Positions 24,796 through 39,073 of a stretch of 64,000 nucleotides of DNA are shown piece after piece. Under the pieces are notes generated by a model. That model saw nothing but the letters and a program-made list of their open reading frames with translations, had not been told where the DNA came from and searched no databases. The translations under genes and the position numbers were made by a program. This stretch comes from Camelus ferus (lineage: Eukaryota). The stretch is taken from assembly GCF_009834535.1 (NCBI RefSeq), contig NC_045714.1:15438001-15502000 (forward strand), read 5' to 3'. Within the stretch, counting starts at the first letter, position 1, and the number at the start of each line of letters is the position of its first letter.

Positions 24796-26514
24796 CCTCA
24801 GAAGAGGGGCACCTGTCAGAGTGAGCCCGCAGCGGAGGGCAGCCGGCCGTGGGTGTCTCCTGGGGCTGGCAGGACGCTCTCTCCCTGGTTGGTAGGAGTC
24901 CAGTCTGGGGCCTGGTGGGACTCTCCTGTTCAGGGCCACCAGGGCAGGGTCCCCAGATCTGCTCTTATCCTTGTTCCAGTCCTGCCCTGTGACCTTACCC
25001 CTCCTCGGCCCCTCCATTGGCTACGTCCCTTTCCCTGTCCCTTTCCTTGACTCCCAGCGCAGGCTGGTCTCTCTGGGCACTTTGTATCCGCCCCCTGGCC
25101 CCCCACCCTTGTCCATTCACAGGCCCTCTGACCATCCTTGTCCCCTCCCAGGGACTGTCACGACTATCTGTGCGGTGGTCCCCGGCCATGGAAGCCCGCC
25201 CCTCTGTCCCATGGTCGACAGTCTGCTTTCCAGCAGGAAGCCCCAGCCCATCCCCAGACCCGTCCTCTCCTCCAGCTCCTTCTCCTGGGTACAGGTGCCC
25301 ACGTCCTGTTGGATCACACCCAGAAATGCCTCCTGGATCAGGCCTTCCCATCGCCTCTGCCACGACCCTGGACTCTTGACTCAGACTGTCCTAGCCCTGC
25401 TCGAGGCTCCCTGACCCATCCCGGGCAAAGCTGCTGCCCTGGCTCTTTTGCCTCACCTCTCACCTGACTCTGGCAGCAGCCCCCCTCTCTGCTCCCCAAA
25501 CACCCCAGGACCCTGAGTCCACAGGCCTCTGGGACGTGCCCCCCCCCCCCACCATTTATCCTGAAGACTCAGCTTAAGTTGAGGAGTGTCCTCCGTCTCG
25601 CTCAGGCGAAGGAGTCCCTTTCCCTGGGCCACGTTCAGTGACAGTCATGGTACAATATCAGTGAGATGCGCTGGTTCATCGAGACCCTCGTGGTGCTTCA
25701 GGGCGTCCCCTCACTCCATCCCCTGATGTCCTGGGAGGGGCTGCTGTTACCTCAAGTTTGGAAGTGTGGGAGGTTGGACGGCTTGCCTAGACACAGCGAG
25801 CACCAGCACTTGGGTTTGAACCGTGAGCCGCCACAGGGGGCTGGGTGCCTGTTACAGGCTGACCTGCAGGGCTGGCGCTGACCTCCCCACCTCTGTGGAC
25901 TCCCCACCCTTGCCCCTGGACGGAGGGACTATCCTCGATCCCCCTGTGTCCAGAGCACCTGCCCTCGGATGGTGACTGAACACCTCCAGATCCCACATTT
26001 GAGGTCAAAGTGCTTATTAAGTGCCTGATGCAGTCAGGTCATCGTGCTGGGTGGGGGCCAAAGAGCCAGGTGGCCCCAAGGTCACTGTGATTAGTTTGAT
26101 CATACTTTGTGCCTTGTGCCAACCCCTCATCATTGCATTTCAGGAAACTCGTACTTGGGCCCCCTGTCTACTGAGGGCCTCCCGAGCCCTGGAGGGGCTG
26201 AACTCTATGTACACATTTGTGTTTAGAAGGTGGCCCAGGGCGGTTAGTTGGAGGTGACCTCATGCCCGTGGCATCAGAGGCAGCCGCCGGGGCAGCACCC
26301 AGGCCTCCTGGTTCCTGAGGCCGCTCAGGAACCGTGGCTGAGGTGGGGGTACTCCGGCTGCTCAGGGCGCTGCTTCCTGTATCTGGGGATGGGTAATCCT
26401 TCCCCTCCTTGTCCAGAGGATGGGAGCCTCCAGAAAATGCTCTGTGGACACTGTTCTGAAGGGTCCCTCTCCTTCCGCCCCGGGCTGGGCGCCCGGCCCC
26501 GCCAGCTGGTTAAA

Positions 26515-26710
26515 NNNNNNNNNNNNNNNNNNNNNNNNNNNNNNNNNNNNNNNNNNNNNNNNNNNNNNNNNNNNNNNNNNNNNNNNNNNNNNNNNNNNNN
26601 NNNNNNNNNNNNNNNNNNNNNNNNNNNNNNNNNNNNNNNNNNNNNNNNNNNNNNNNNNNNNNNNNNNNNNNNNNNNNNNNNNNNNNNNNNNNNNNNNNNN
26701 NNNNNNNNNN
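26515..26710. other. MYT1: Sequence gap (196 N); inferred location of MYT1 exon 14
   Basis: Exon 13 ends in phase 0 and exon 15 starts in phase 2. The orthologous peptide (SEPAAH...[27 protein letters not shown]) was not found elsewhere in 23815-27572. Confidence 0.85.
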
Positions 26711-27412
26711 GCTGACAGGACTCTGCGGGGAACCTCCATGGCCTGGACAGGAGAGCGTCCTGGTGGGAGCCGGAATGACCGGGCCCTCCCCCTCCCGGCC
26801 CAGCTCTGCCCGTCCTCCTGGCCTGACCACCTTGGAGGGCAGAGGCTGGGCATCCTCCACTGGGACTGTCCTGAGCCAGAATGGGTGAAGGGTTTCCTGT
26901 CAGCTCTGCCCCATGCTGGGCTCTAGCACGCTCCTTTAGGGTGCTGGACAATGAGGACGGGACCCTGTTCCGGCCCGCAGAGCCCAGGCCCGAGGTGTGC
27001 TCTGCCTTAGGACTGAGTGCCCTGGGTTTAACCAGATGTCCCCGGAGAGTGGGGAGGTGGCTGGTAGTGTCCGCCATCCTGTAGCCTCTGGTCAGTCCCC
27101 ACTGAGACCGGCCTCTCCCAGGGGACTGAGAGAGGCCACATCTGGCACCCGCACCTCAGGTGATCCAGCCCTCACCTACGCTCAGACTTTGTTCCTGGGG
27201 TTCTCACCCTGAACCTCACCAGATTCCTCTGGCCCCGTAGCTGGCCTCCCCAGAAGTGGCCGGTTCAGTGTCAGGTCTGGGGCCTTGTTCTCAGGGCAGG
27301 CCTTGCCACCTCAGGAAGGAGCTCCCTGCACACGTGTGCCTGTGCAGCACGTGGGCTTCAGAGGCACCTTGACTTCAAGCTGAGCATGAATTTGGTTCCC
27401 TTTTCCTTCTGA

Positions 27413-28171
<759 letters not shown>

Positions 28172-30759
28172 TGAGAGAAGCCCAGACTTGACCTTGGCTT
28201 GCAAGTCTCGCCAAGGCTCCGAGGGCTGCAGGCTGTGCAGCTATTGCTCAGTGGATGGGTGCCGATGGTGGCAGAGAAAACTCTTGCCTTCTCCTGCAGC
28301 CCTCTTCATCTCCTTCTGTCGTGGCCCCTGGTGCCTTCCCACACATGCCTCTCCCCCATGCTCACCCACTCTTTTTCCTGAGCCCCACTCTCTGCTTCTG
28401 CTCCTCCCACACCTAACACACGGGCAGGGCAGCCCTGCGGCACCGGCTGTCCTGCTTGACTGTCCTGCTCAGATGAGGTGCAAGCACCTGAAGGCCTCCC
28501 AGCTCTCAGGGTCCTCTTGGGGCTGGAGTTGGGGGCTGAGATTGCCTTTGGTTTTGGTGCCCTCAGCTGAGCTGCTGACATCACAGCTGGTGTGACCCTG
28601 AGCCACGCAGCACTGGTCCTGGGCTCCCAGGCTGGACGGAGGCTGTGGAGGGAGGTCCCACCCCTCTCCCAGGTGTTCCTCCCTCCCTGGGGCCCTGAAT
28701 CCAGGCCACTTTCTCTGGCTCACTCTGTTCAAGGGCCAGAGAGGGGCCGGGGCTCTGGCGCCTCTGAGACGAGGAGCCATTGCTGCTGAGGCTCCCTGGG
28801 GACCCAAGCTGACCGAGAAACAGGGCAGGAAGCGCCAGGTCTCTCAGTGAGTCCCGGGATTGCCAGCCTCGTCTTCGTGGCTCTGGGGAGGGCTGTCTGG
28901 TCCGAGCAGCCAGAGAAGCGTGTCATTGCCCATTTTACCAAGGAGGCCTTCCGTTCCCGCAGACAAGGCTGGGCAGGACTCACGACTCAAAGCATCTTTC
29001 CGGGAATTAACGGTTTTGACACAAGCAAGTGCTGGGGCTCAGCTCCCCTGGCAGCCTCCCCGGTGTACCCATCGTCCTCTGTGTCCAGCCGCAGGGGTCC
29101 AGTGAGACCTCCCCCAGCCTCCTCTTCTCTCCTTCCTTCCTCCCTTCTTTTACCATCTCTCTCATGTCCTTTCTCCTGTTTTCTTTTCTAGTTCTGCTTG
29201 CTTATCTAACTGATCAGTTTTCATGATTTTCCAGTTTGAGGGCTGGTTGGTTTCAGAGGCCTGGACGCAGCCACATGCACTTAGTAGCCCTTTATTCCCA
29301 CAAAGCTGATGGTCAGGGCTGCCGAAAGGAAAATGAGGACTTAGTCTGGGTCCAGAAATGTGGCCAACTGGGAGGGTTGGCACCCTTCTAGGACAAAGGG
29401 CCTGTGAAGAACTGTAGCCCAAATCTTGATTCGCAGTAAGCAACAGAGTCTTCCTTGTGTGAAAACACATCATTCCCCAGCTCCCTCCAAAGCTCTTCTC
29501 TCCCCCAGGGGTCTTTCTGCAAGTGTGGACACGGCCTGGCTCCAGCCTGTCCTGGTGTACCGCCGCTCTTTCTACCGCCCAGTCCAGGGGCGTCGCACCC
29601 TCATCAGCCTTGGGGCAGCGTTGAGTGAAGATGAGTTGTCCACAGGGGGGCAGAGACTCCTGTGCCAGGCCTTGCAAATGAGTCTTTTTTGGTGCCCCCC
29701 CCAGCACCTGGGTGCAGTGACAATCTCAGATGATGTGTTTTCTGTGTTTTAATCAAGTCCCCGTTGTGGGGATTTGGAGTGCAGCCACATACCCTGCAAG
29801 CGAGCGAGCGGGGACCTCTGCACAGGCTGGGGGACAGCCCTCCACGGGACAGGGACGGGGCTGAGGCGGGGCCTGGTGTGCGCCAAGCCACGTGGTGTCC
29901 CCTCTACATGAATCCTTCTCTTGCCCGGACAACTCATTCAGAACAGGTGGTGGGAGGGTTCCTGAACCTGGCCCCATGGGTCCCTGGGACCATAAGAGTG
30001 GCCAATATTGCCAGCGCCCAGTGTGGACACCTGCTTCTCTAGCCATATGAGCACCATTCTTTCTTGGACGTGACTCTTGGGGAAAAAACATCACATCAGG
30101 CTGCAGGAGGAGTATGGGATGGGCCCACCTTCCTGGAGCAGCACTGTTCCCCGTCCCACGCCCCACCCCCCGCCCCCGCTGTGCGTCTGGCCTTCCAGAG
30201 AGGGACATTCAGGGAAAAATAAGTTAAGGAAAGCCGTGCTGGTGTATTAAAATGAAGTTTTTACCTTCTACAGTGATTTGTTCATCAAACATCTTGGGTG
30301 TACAAAGCTGGGCTTTCGTGTTTTGTGTCCCCCTCCCTGCCCTCGGCCAGTGCCAGCTACCCCTTCAAAGCTCCTGTCTGAGTGATCTCTGCACTCACTA
30401 AGTGGGAATCACACCTGGTGTGGCCAGTGCTGTGGACGGCACATCTCAGGGGTTCGGTGGATTCTGTTCATTTGCGAGGGTCAGCCACAAAGCTCCCTGA
30501 GAATAGTCCCTCTTTCTCCAGCAGCTTTGAGGAAGGACGTCTTAGGTGCTAGGTGGGCCGTCCTGAGCGGCCGTGTGAAGGCCCATACAGTTTCTGAACC
30601 TTCCAGTCCAGTCTGGCCCTCTGCAGGGGCCCGTCGTCCTGCATTGGAGACGTGCTTCCGTCTCTGCCCTCCCGGGCCCCTTGGGGAGACTGGGTGGCCA
30701 AGTCCTGCGGCCTGGAGGTCATGGCAGCAGGCCGGCAGGGTGTACATGACCTTTTCTGA

Positions 30760-30930
<171 letters not shown>

Positions 30931-31247
30931 TGAGCCTGCCACGCCCTGGATGCCAGGCTGGTGCGGGTGGGGGTGGTCTCTTCCTCAAAGTGCAGGACTC
31001 CAAGTGAGACACTAATGTTGCTGCATCAAGAACCCATTTCATGTCTTTAATCTGAATTGCTGATGCTCCCAGAGCCTGGACAGCTGGCCTTACAGCCAGA
31101 TCTGGGGCTCGTGGTGATGCCTCCTGCGGTGGCCCCGCTGCCGGGCAGGGTGCTCCCCAGCGGAAGTCTCCCCAGAGCTTGTGGGGCTGGTGTGAGATAC
31201 TGCTGTTCTGGGACAACTGTGGCATTTTTTTCCTCTTTCAAAACCAG

Positions 31248-31331
31248 CCTGTCAGGCTGCCCCCGTGCCAAGAAGAGTGGAGCCAAGGCGACACCTGCAA
31301 AGGACGACAAGGAGGACCCTGAGCTAATGAA
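31248..31331 (+). CDS. MYT1: MYT1 exon 18 ([27 protein letters not shown]), 84 nt
   Basis: TTTCAAAACCAG|CCTG...ATGAA|GTGAGT. Confidence 0.97.
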
Positions 31332-34300
31332 GTGAGTCTGGGTCTTGCCGGCCACTTCATGGTGGTGCAGAGTTGGGGTTTTCCTGCATTTGTAATCTTA
31401 AAAGCCCCTTCTGGATTCCCTTTGCAGTAATATAGCTGATCAGTGACAGTGCCCATTTTGGGGCACAGACGTGCTCGTGCTACGCACGTGGACACCTATG
31501 AGGGCACACACATGCACTGGCTCCTGTCTGGGCTTCCCAGGTCTGGGCTGTTTGACAGGGCTGGGAGAGGCAAAGCACCCTGCTGCCTGGGCACCTAGGG
31601 TACCTGGTGTAGGCCTCAGGGTGTGGATGGCCCCCCAGGTCACGCAGGAGCTTTGCAATCTGCATGGCTTCTGGTCTGGTGGGAAAGGTCAGTGCAGGAG
31701 TCAAGGAGGAGAGGAGGTTAGAAAGCGGTGAGTCTTTGAACCGTCTATGTGTCTGCATGCTGCCTCATCTTTGAAGGGAGCTGATGTGTTGCAAGCTGGT
31801 CCTTCCAGAGGTGTGGGCAAGGCCACTCCCCACTTGCAGGTGTGGGCAAGGCCATGCCACAGGTGCAAACGGGGTGACCCACCATCCGGTTTGCCCAGGA
31901 CTCTCAGAGCTGACGCGGGCAGAGCAGGCAGTGGGTCCTCCGGCAGGTGAGGAGTGGCAGGGGTGGCGCTGGCCCTGGGGGCCCCAAGGCCTCGGGGCTG
32001 GCTTGGCTGGGTCAGGGCCCGCAGGTCCACAGGAAGCAGATCTGCCCTGAGTTACCTGCGGGCCACGAACACCTGGATGCTCACCCCACATCTGGCCCAA
32101 GATTCGGTTGCTCCTCTTCGGACCTCACCCCAGCTGCCCCAAAGCATCTGTTCAGCCACAGAGGAGGGGCCTCACTGACCTTCAGAAGGGATGGCCCACC
32201 AGCTGCTTGGTGTAATAAGGCTGCGGCTTGTTTATTTAATTTATACAATAAAACTGTAACAAGTGCTGAATCAGAAATGCAAAACACATGGTTGCTGGTA
32301 CTGTGAATGCTGCCCACTAAATGGGAGGGCGGTAAAGGAGTATTTTTCCTTCTGAGGATCCAGGAATTTGCCTGTGATCACACGAATGCAATGCTGTTAC
32401 GGATTTAGCAAGGATCCTGCTGAAAGGGATTAGAAGTGAATTGTGCTGCATTTGCAAATGGGTCAAATCAAGATCAGCATTTTTCAAGTTAACTGGGAAA
32501 AATGACTTTCCTCTTCCTAATGTGCTGTCAACTTTACTTTTAAAAAAACAAGATTTCCGCAGCCAAGTGGAGAATGTGACTGTCAGAAGCAGTTCAGCAT
32601 TTACAGGATGGGTGAAGTTTCCAGTGGCTCCTTGGCCAGGAGAGGAGGCTGCCCACTTGGTGCCTCCATTTTGTGGGGCTTCCTACAGCCATAAACCTAA
32701 ACTGTGTTTATAATTGACTACCGTCTTTAAACAAGTGCAGACCACAGCAGACACTTTAATAGGTGCTTCAGGTCCTGCTGCGGACAGGATTTCGTTAGCA
32801 TGCACGAGCTGTGATTTTGGAGGGGTTGGTGGAGGAAGAGGTCCCTTTTATGAAGTCTTGTGTCTGCACCATTTAAGATTGAGCCAGGTCAGCATTTTGT
32901 GGTAAATCCTTTTGGCCACCACCAAATAACTGACCATGAGAGTCAGTGGAGGTTCCAGAGCTTAATGTGCATTGTCTGTGGGAGGACCCCAGGTGTCCCT
33001 GGCCATGCTGACAACTGACCGCGCAGAGATATGCCTCTGACCTGGGGCGCTGGGTTCACCTGGGAGCGTAGAAGCCGCCCCACTTGGGTCCCCACACACG
33101 CCTTAACGTGAGGCCACCTGACAGCTCTGAAGACTTGGGACCCACCTGGGGTCCAAGTGGAGTAAAAGAGAGAGAGGCCGTTCCTGCCCACACACCTGAA
33201 ACATCGTGGATGCAGTTCCCGGGAGACAGAAGCCGCCCCTCCTCAGAGTGCCAGGTCCAGGGTTCCCCTGAGACCCCATAGTTGGGAATTGTCCAGGTTT
33301 GGGGGAATGGACACAGAATGGACCCTCCCCACAGCCACTGCAGGGCCTCAGCAGTGACACTGCTCTGGACTGGCGTCTAAGGTGACCTGGGGCCGGCTCA
33401 GTGGACACCCTGACATCTGGGGCCCACCTGGGTGGGATGAGTGCCCAGGGGCCCATGAGGACAGTCCTGGCTGAGGAGCCTGGGAACGCGTCCGCAGCGG
33501 CCACCTCTGAGATGAGGCCAGAGTGCAGGGGCCCCCAGGCCGCATGGCCTGTTCCCCAACTCTGCTGCCCTTCTGAGGGCTTCCTGCCTCTGACTTCTCT
33601 GTACCCCAGGGACCTCTCTGTAAGCGGGTCCTGTGAGTTTGCTGGGTCTGTGGCATGTGGAAAGTGGGTGACAAGCAGCCTGGTTTATTGGAAGAAGGAG
33701 ACAGAACCAGCAGGTGGAGGGGCTCGTCCTCTGGCTGTGAGGATAGACCCCCAGAGCCCTCTCCTCGTCCTGTTCTCTGACTGCATGGATTCCAGCGGCA
33801 GCATGAGGGGCAGTCACTCTGAACCCTGCTCAAGTCACCTCACCTGCTCCTGGTGTGCTTGTTGCCTCTGCAAAGGGTTTACTCCCTTTCCTCGAGCAAC
33901 CCGAACAGAGGAAATGCTGCTCCAAGGGCCTTGGACAGGAGTTGCCAGGGGCAGTCGGAGCTCTGCGGACAACCGATCTTCCATCCAGGATACACGTTCC
34001 AGATGCGGTCAAGTTGGGACATCATGGGCATCATGCCACGGCCAGCCTCACTCTGGGATGCTGTGGGGTGATGGGGACCCTGCTGTCCCCAAGCTGCCTG
34101 TGACCCCCAGGTCCCCTAGGCCCCGTGCTCAGTGCAAGCTCCCAGCAAGTGGCCTCTGGGGTAATACAGAAGCGATGCTGGCAGCAAGGTCTAGGTGTGG
34201 ACCTAGAGGCCACCAAGAGCCAGCCCCAGGCCCCAGGGGTCACTGTTGCAGGGGGTGGGGAGAGAGGGTGGCTGCTGGCCTTCTTGCTGCGCAGGGGACA

Positions 34301-34478
34301 CGAGGCCAAGACTAGAGGGGAACCACGATCCCTGCTGCCCTCACCTCTGGTTGGGAAGGCCCAGGTTCTCCTCCAACCCTAGGAGATTAGCCAGGAGCTC
34401 CCGGAGTGTCTCAGGGTCTGGCTTGGGAGGGTCTCTGGGCTTCTCCTCCCACCTCCGGCACCTTGTGCTCACCTCTGA

Positions 34479-34715
<237 letters not shown>

Positions 34716-35684
34716 TAACTACCCTCTCTGCCATCCACGAGGGACCCCAGCTTTGGGCTGGGGCAGGGCTCCCAGGGAGGGAGACTGAGGTCAGGTGTGA
34801 ACCGTAGTTTCTTGAGGAAAAAGTAAGACCCAGTTGGTAGCCAACTGGAGGAAGCCATAGAGAGTCTGTGGGACCACCTGAAAGCTATGGGACTTGCCAG
34901 TGCAGGTGTCTCCTGTGCTCAGACCCCTTCTACATCCCTCTGGCAAGAGCGAGGCCAGCAGGCTGCCTCCTGAAAAGCATTGTCACAGCTCACGCCCTGC
35001 CCCTCCCGCTGGAACCTCCTCTTTGAAATTTGGGCCTAGGCCTCTGCCTGCTTTACAAGGGACCCCTCCTGCCCAGGCAGTGGGCCTGCCCCCGACACCT
35101 CCCCGGTCCTCTTCCTCTCTGTGCCAGGAAGCCAGGGTGAACGGAGTCACCACCTGGTCCCATCAGGAGCCTCATTTTTCTATTTTATTTTTTTTGCTGT
35201 TGTTTCTCCACCTACACGATTAATTAGCTCATTCATTCCATAAACCAATACAGATAGTTCATCAAAGACCAGTCTCTGGAGGTAGATAGTCTCTGGAGAA
35301 CAAGACTGGCCACCGGCCCTCCTGGAGTTGATTTGGGCAGAGCAGCAGGGGAGCCAGACTGCAAACAACAGATACACTTAATACAAGTTTGGTGAAGGAC
35401 GGTCGCACCGGGGGATGTAGTGGCAGGGAGTGGGTGAGGCGGTCCTTTCAGAGGAGGCGAGGCACCGTCTGGGGGATGAGCCATCGAAGTGACGTCTAAG
35501 AGCAGTGGCCTGAGCTGAGAATGGTCTGGGCTTATGGAGGGGTGAGGAGGATGGAGGGCTGGAGCTGGGGAGAGAGGGGCACAGTTCCAAACAGGACCCT
35601 ACCCAGCTGCCAGCTAAACCTGGTTCTCATTGTTACATGTGACCTCAGATGGCCTCTGGTGCATGACCTCGAACTTGCTTTTGA

Positions 35685-35831
<147 letters not shown>

Positions 35832-36305
35832 TGAGTGAGTGAGCAGTACCAGTGGGCGGGGGTAGGTGGCTAAGCCCCACCTGGAGAGAGTCTTGGTGAA
35901 GACTGAGTCCTCCAGCTGAGCCAGTGGCTCTTCTGACCTGGGCTCAGAGCTTCTGGTTGCCTTGTGTCCGAGAGTGGCCGTGACTGCTCTGACCTGGGTG
36001 TTGGTGAGTGTTGGCACCAGAGAGCCCTGCCAGCAGCACTGGAAACCGTGTTCTCAAGATGTATGGATTTGCAAACCCATTTAGGCTCAATGAAGAGGGA
36101 AGCTGAGGAAATTCAGCCTCATCTGGAAAAACTTCCATTTTTATCTTAGCAATTAATATCTGCCAAAGAAGTGTGTCTTCTCCCACATAAGACCCAGGGC
36201 CAGGAGGCAAACAGCTGACACATGGCCAGTAGTCCCCAAGGCCGACTTTCCCATCATGGAACATGGGACACCAGCTGGGTGTCTCTGCTTGGACGGGGTC
36301 CCTAG

Positions 36306-36596
<291 letters not shown>

Positions 36597-38461
36597 TAGT
36601 GTCAGGAGTCCTGGGGGTCTGGTGCTGTGGTCCCTCCAGGGCTACTGGTCCTGTCAGTAGGAGCAGAACCAGTTTGTGGGTTCTGAGAGCCTGGCTGGAG
36701 CTGGGTTCCACCTGGCACTGCTACACACTGGAGGACTGGTCACCAGTCTGCTCCCGGACGCCCTCACAGGTGGGCGGGAGACAATACCAGGACCTGCCCG
36801 GTTCAGCGGTTGTGAGATGAACACAGTGAGTTCAGGCGTCCCAGCCAGAAAGAGCACTGCTGCCAAGTGATGGGGTGACAAACTACCCTAAGTGTGTGTG
36901 TCATGTCTCACTCATTTCCCCAAAATGAATATTTGCAATGAGAAAAAAAAAACAGTAAAGGTCTTATTTTAAAAAGAAGACCATGTCCCTCCCTTGGCTG
37001 CTGAGCGGGGGCTGGAGCGGCCACACGTAGCTGTGTCCCCTATGGCTGGAAAGACAGAGGGATGAAGAGGTGACCTGGCGCCGCAGGGTCAGAGGGCAGA
37101 GGGGAGAGTGGGAGGTGTGAGGCACTGGGCCCCGCGTGCTGCTCCTTCCCCATCGACAGGCTTGCACGCTAACCTCCTATTGCTCATACACTGGCAGAAA
37201 AGCAGCATCAGCCTGGAAAGGTCGGGATGGGTTTCATCCATCCCGCCATGCAGCATCTTCCCCGGGGTTTCTGGGCAATGGAGGCAGAGAAGGCGTACAG
37301 GGACTGTCTCTGGGCACCGAGACACCTCACGGGCAGCTGTCACCCCCGTCCCTCCCTGCTCCTTTCCTTCTCAAAGTCCAAGGGCCCTCCCAGAGCCAAT
37401 AGCCTTGGGAAGCACCTCTGATTTCTCTTGGTTTGCCAATGCCTACCTCGTTCATAGACAGATTACTCGCTATTCAGCGTCCTTTCGGAAGGACGGAGGG
37501 GTCTGGAGTTGAGTGCTCTGCAGAAGGGTTCATGCAAAGACAGTGTAGCTCCCCAGCCCTACTCAATCCTTTTAAAGCCAAAGGCTTGTCAGTCAGCGAT
37601 GAAGGAGGGATGTGCCCAGCCACAGGTCACAAAGCTGCAGCCCCCTCGCAGGCGCTCACCACCCGCACCTAAGGGACGGCTCCGTGTACCACACACACTG
37701 TGTGCCTGCCTCTGCCTTCAGGTTCCCTCAAGAGGCGGTTGGGCAGGGGCTGCCTCCCAAGCGTGTCTTCTCCAGGCCAGGCCCTGGGCAGCCTTCCCAG
37801 CTGCCTTCCCCACTGTGAGCCTCTGCACAGGGTTATGTGGACCCCAAGCCAGCCAGCCCTGCCCACATGTCCTCTGCTATTCTGGTGTGGAGCCCTCAGA
37901 GCCCCTGGGAGGAGCTCCTGGGCTTCTGCCTGGGACTCCCTCCTGGCATTCTGCTGGGTCCAGAGGAACAGGGTTTGTGCTGGAAACCCTAGGATGCCCC
38001 CAGGGAGCTGGGGAAGCCGTCGGCCAGGCCTGTCCAGCCGCAAGCTGCAGAGAGAGACGCAGACCTGCTCCACTTGCCTCCACAATGTTTTGGTCTTTCT
38101 GATGCGGGAAACCCCACAGGCCGGTGGTCACCCTGAGGTGGGTGTGTTCCCATCACAGAAGAGGAGTAGGGAGGACGGCCACACTGGTGGCACAGCCAAG
38201 TGGCACCTCCGTCTGTGCTCCTCTCCACCCCGTAGGACCCATGAGGCACAGAAGGCTGTGGCCCTGAAGCCCCTGGCTCAGTCTCCGCATCGCCTCCTCC
38301 ACTCAGGGCCCAGGCCAGCCCCTCACTTGCAGCAGGACCCCCAGGGGGCAGGGTCCCTGCCTCCACACCCTCTCACAGAGACGTGAGGTGTGGCCAGCGG
38401 CGTGGCTGGCGTGCTCCCAGCAGGGCGTGCCAGGAGGCAGCTGCCTTCTCTGTTTGCGCAG

Positions 38462-38605
38462 ATCTTGTCCATGGAGAAGAGCCTGAAGACCATCGAGGAG
38501 GAGAACAGGCTCATTGAGGAGCAGAATGAGGCCCTGTTTCTGGAGCTGTCGGGCCTGAGCCGAGCCCTCATCCGAAGTCTCGCCAACATCCGCCTTCCGC
38601 ACATG
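38462..38605 (+). CDS. MYT1: MYT1 exon 22 ([15 protein letters not shown]...NIRLPHM), 144 nt
   Basis: TGTTTGCGCAG|ATC...CACATG|GTGAGC. Confidence 0.97.
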
Positions 38606-38932
38606 GTGAGCAGGAAGCGGCCCTGCGGGCACCACAGCTGAGCTGGTACCTGCCCCCGGGGCTCCAGGAGGACGAGGAGGGTGGGGCGCTCCCCTGCCTC
38701 TGGGGTCCTGGTGGAAGGCCCCGGCCCAGGAGTTCTGCTTGGGCGGGCCACATGGCTGGCCTGTGCCCCTGGGTGTTCCAGCCCGAGGGCTGCCCAGGGG
38801 ATGTCCGGGCTTGTCTCCGGGGGCGAGGGCACGTGGGTCTGAGGTTCACCCATCGATTTCTATTTCCTTTGCTTCTGAAAACCACACGTCCGCGGCATGG
38901 ACGGGCCTCGCGAAACTGCTTCTGTTCTCTAG

Positions 38933-39073
38933 GAGCCAATATGCGAGCAGAATTTTGACGCCTACGTAAGCACCCTTACCGACATGTACTCCAACCAGGA
39001 GTGCTACCAGAACCCGGAGAACAAGGACCTCCTGGAGAGCATCAAGCAGGCTGTGAGGGGGATCCAGGTCTAG
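38933..39073 (+). CDS. MYT1: MYT1 exon 23 coding part ([46 protein letters not shown])
   Basis: TCTGTTCTCTAG|GAG...GTC TAG; matches the MYT1 C-terminus. The visible CDS totals 3130 nt; adding a 155-nt exon 14 gives 1094 aa. Confidence 0.98.
   Translation, partial: EPICEQNFDAYVSTLTDMYSNQECYQNPENKDLLESIKQAVRGIQV

Noticed and set aside
26248-27077. ORFs spanning N runs (also 48921-49484, 54297-54717, 58409-58982)
   Set aside because: Artefacts of translating through assembly gaps.
31809-31854. 17-bp direct repeat AGGTGTGGGCAAGGCCA with 29-bp period
   Set aside because: Only two copies; a local slippage duplication, not an array or CRISPR-like structure.
33401-34315. 304-aa ORF in MYT1 intron 18 (also 9252-10082, 5170-5991, 27419-28174, 37700-38386)
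   Set aside because: No recognisable domain; Pro/Gly/Ala/Arg/Ser-rich composition typical of chance ORFs in GC-rich DNA. Some merely overlap true MYT1 exons.
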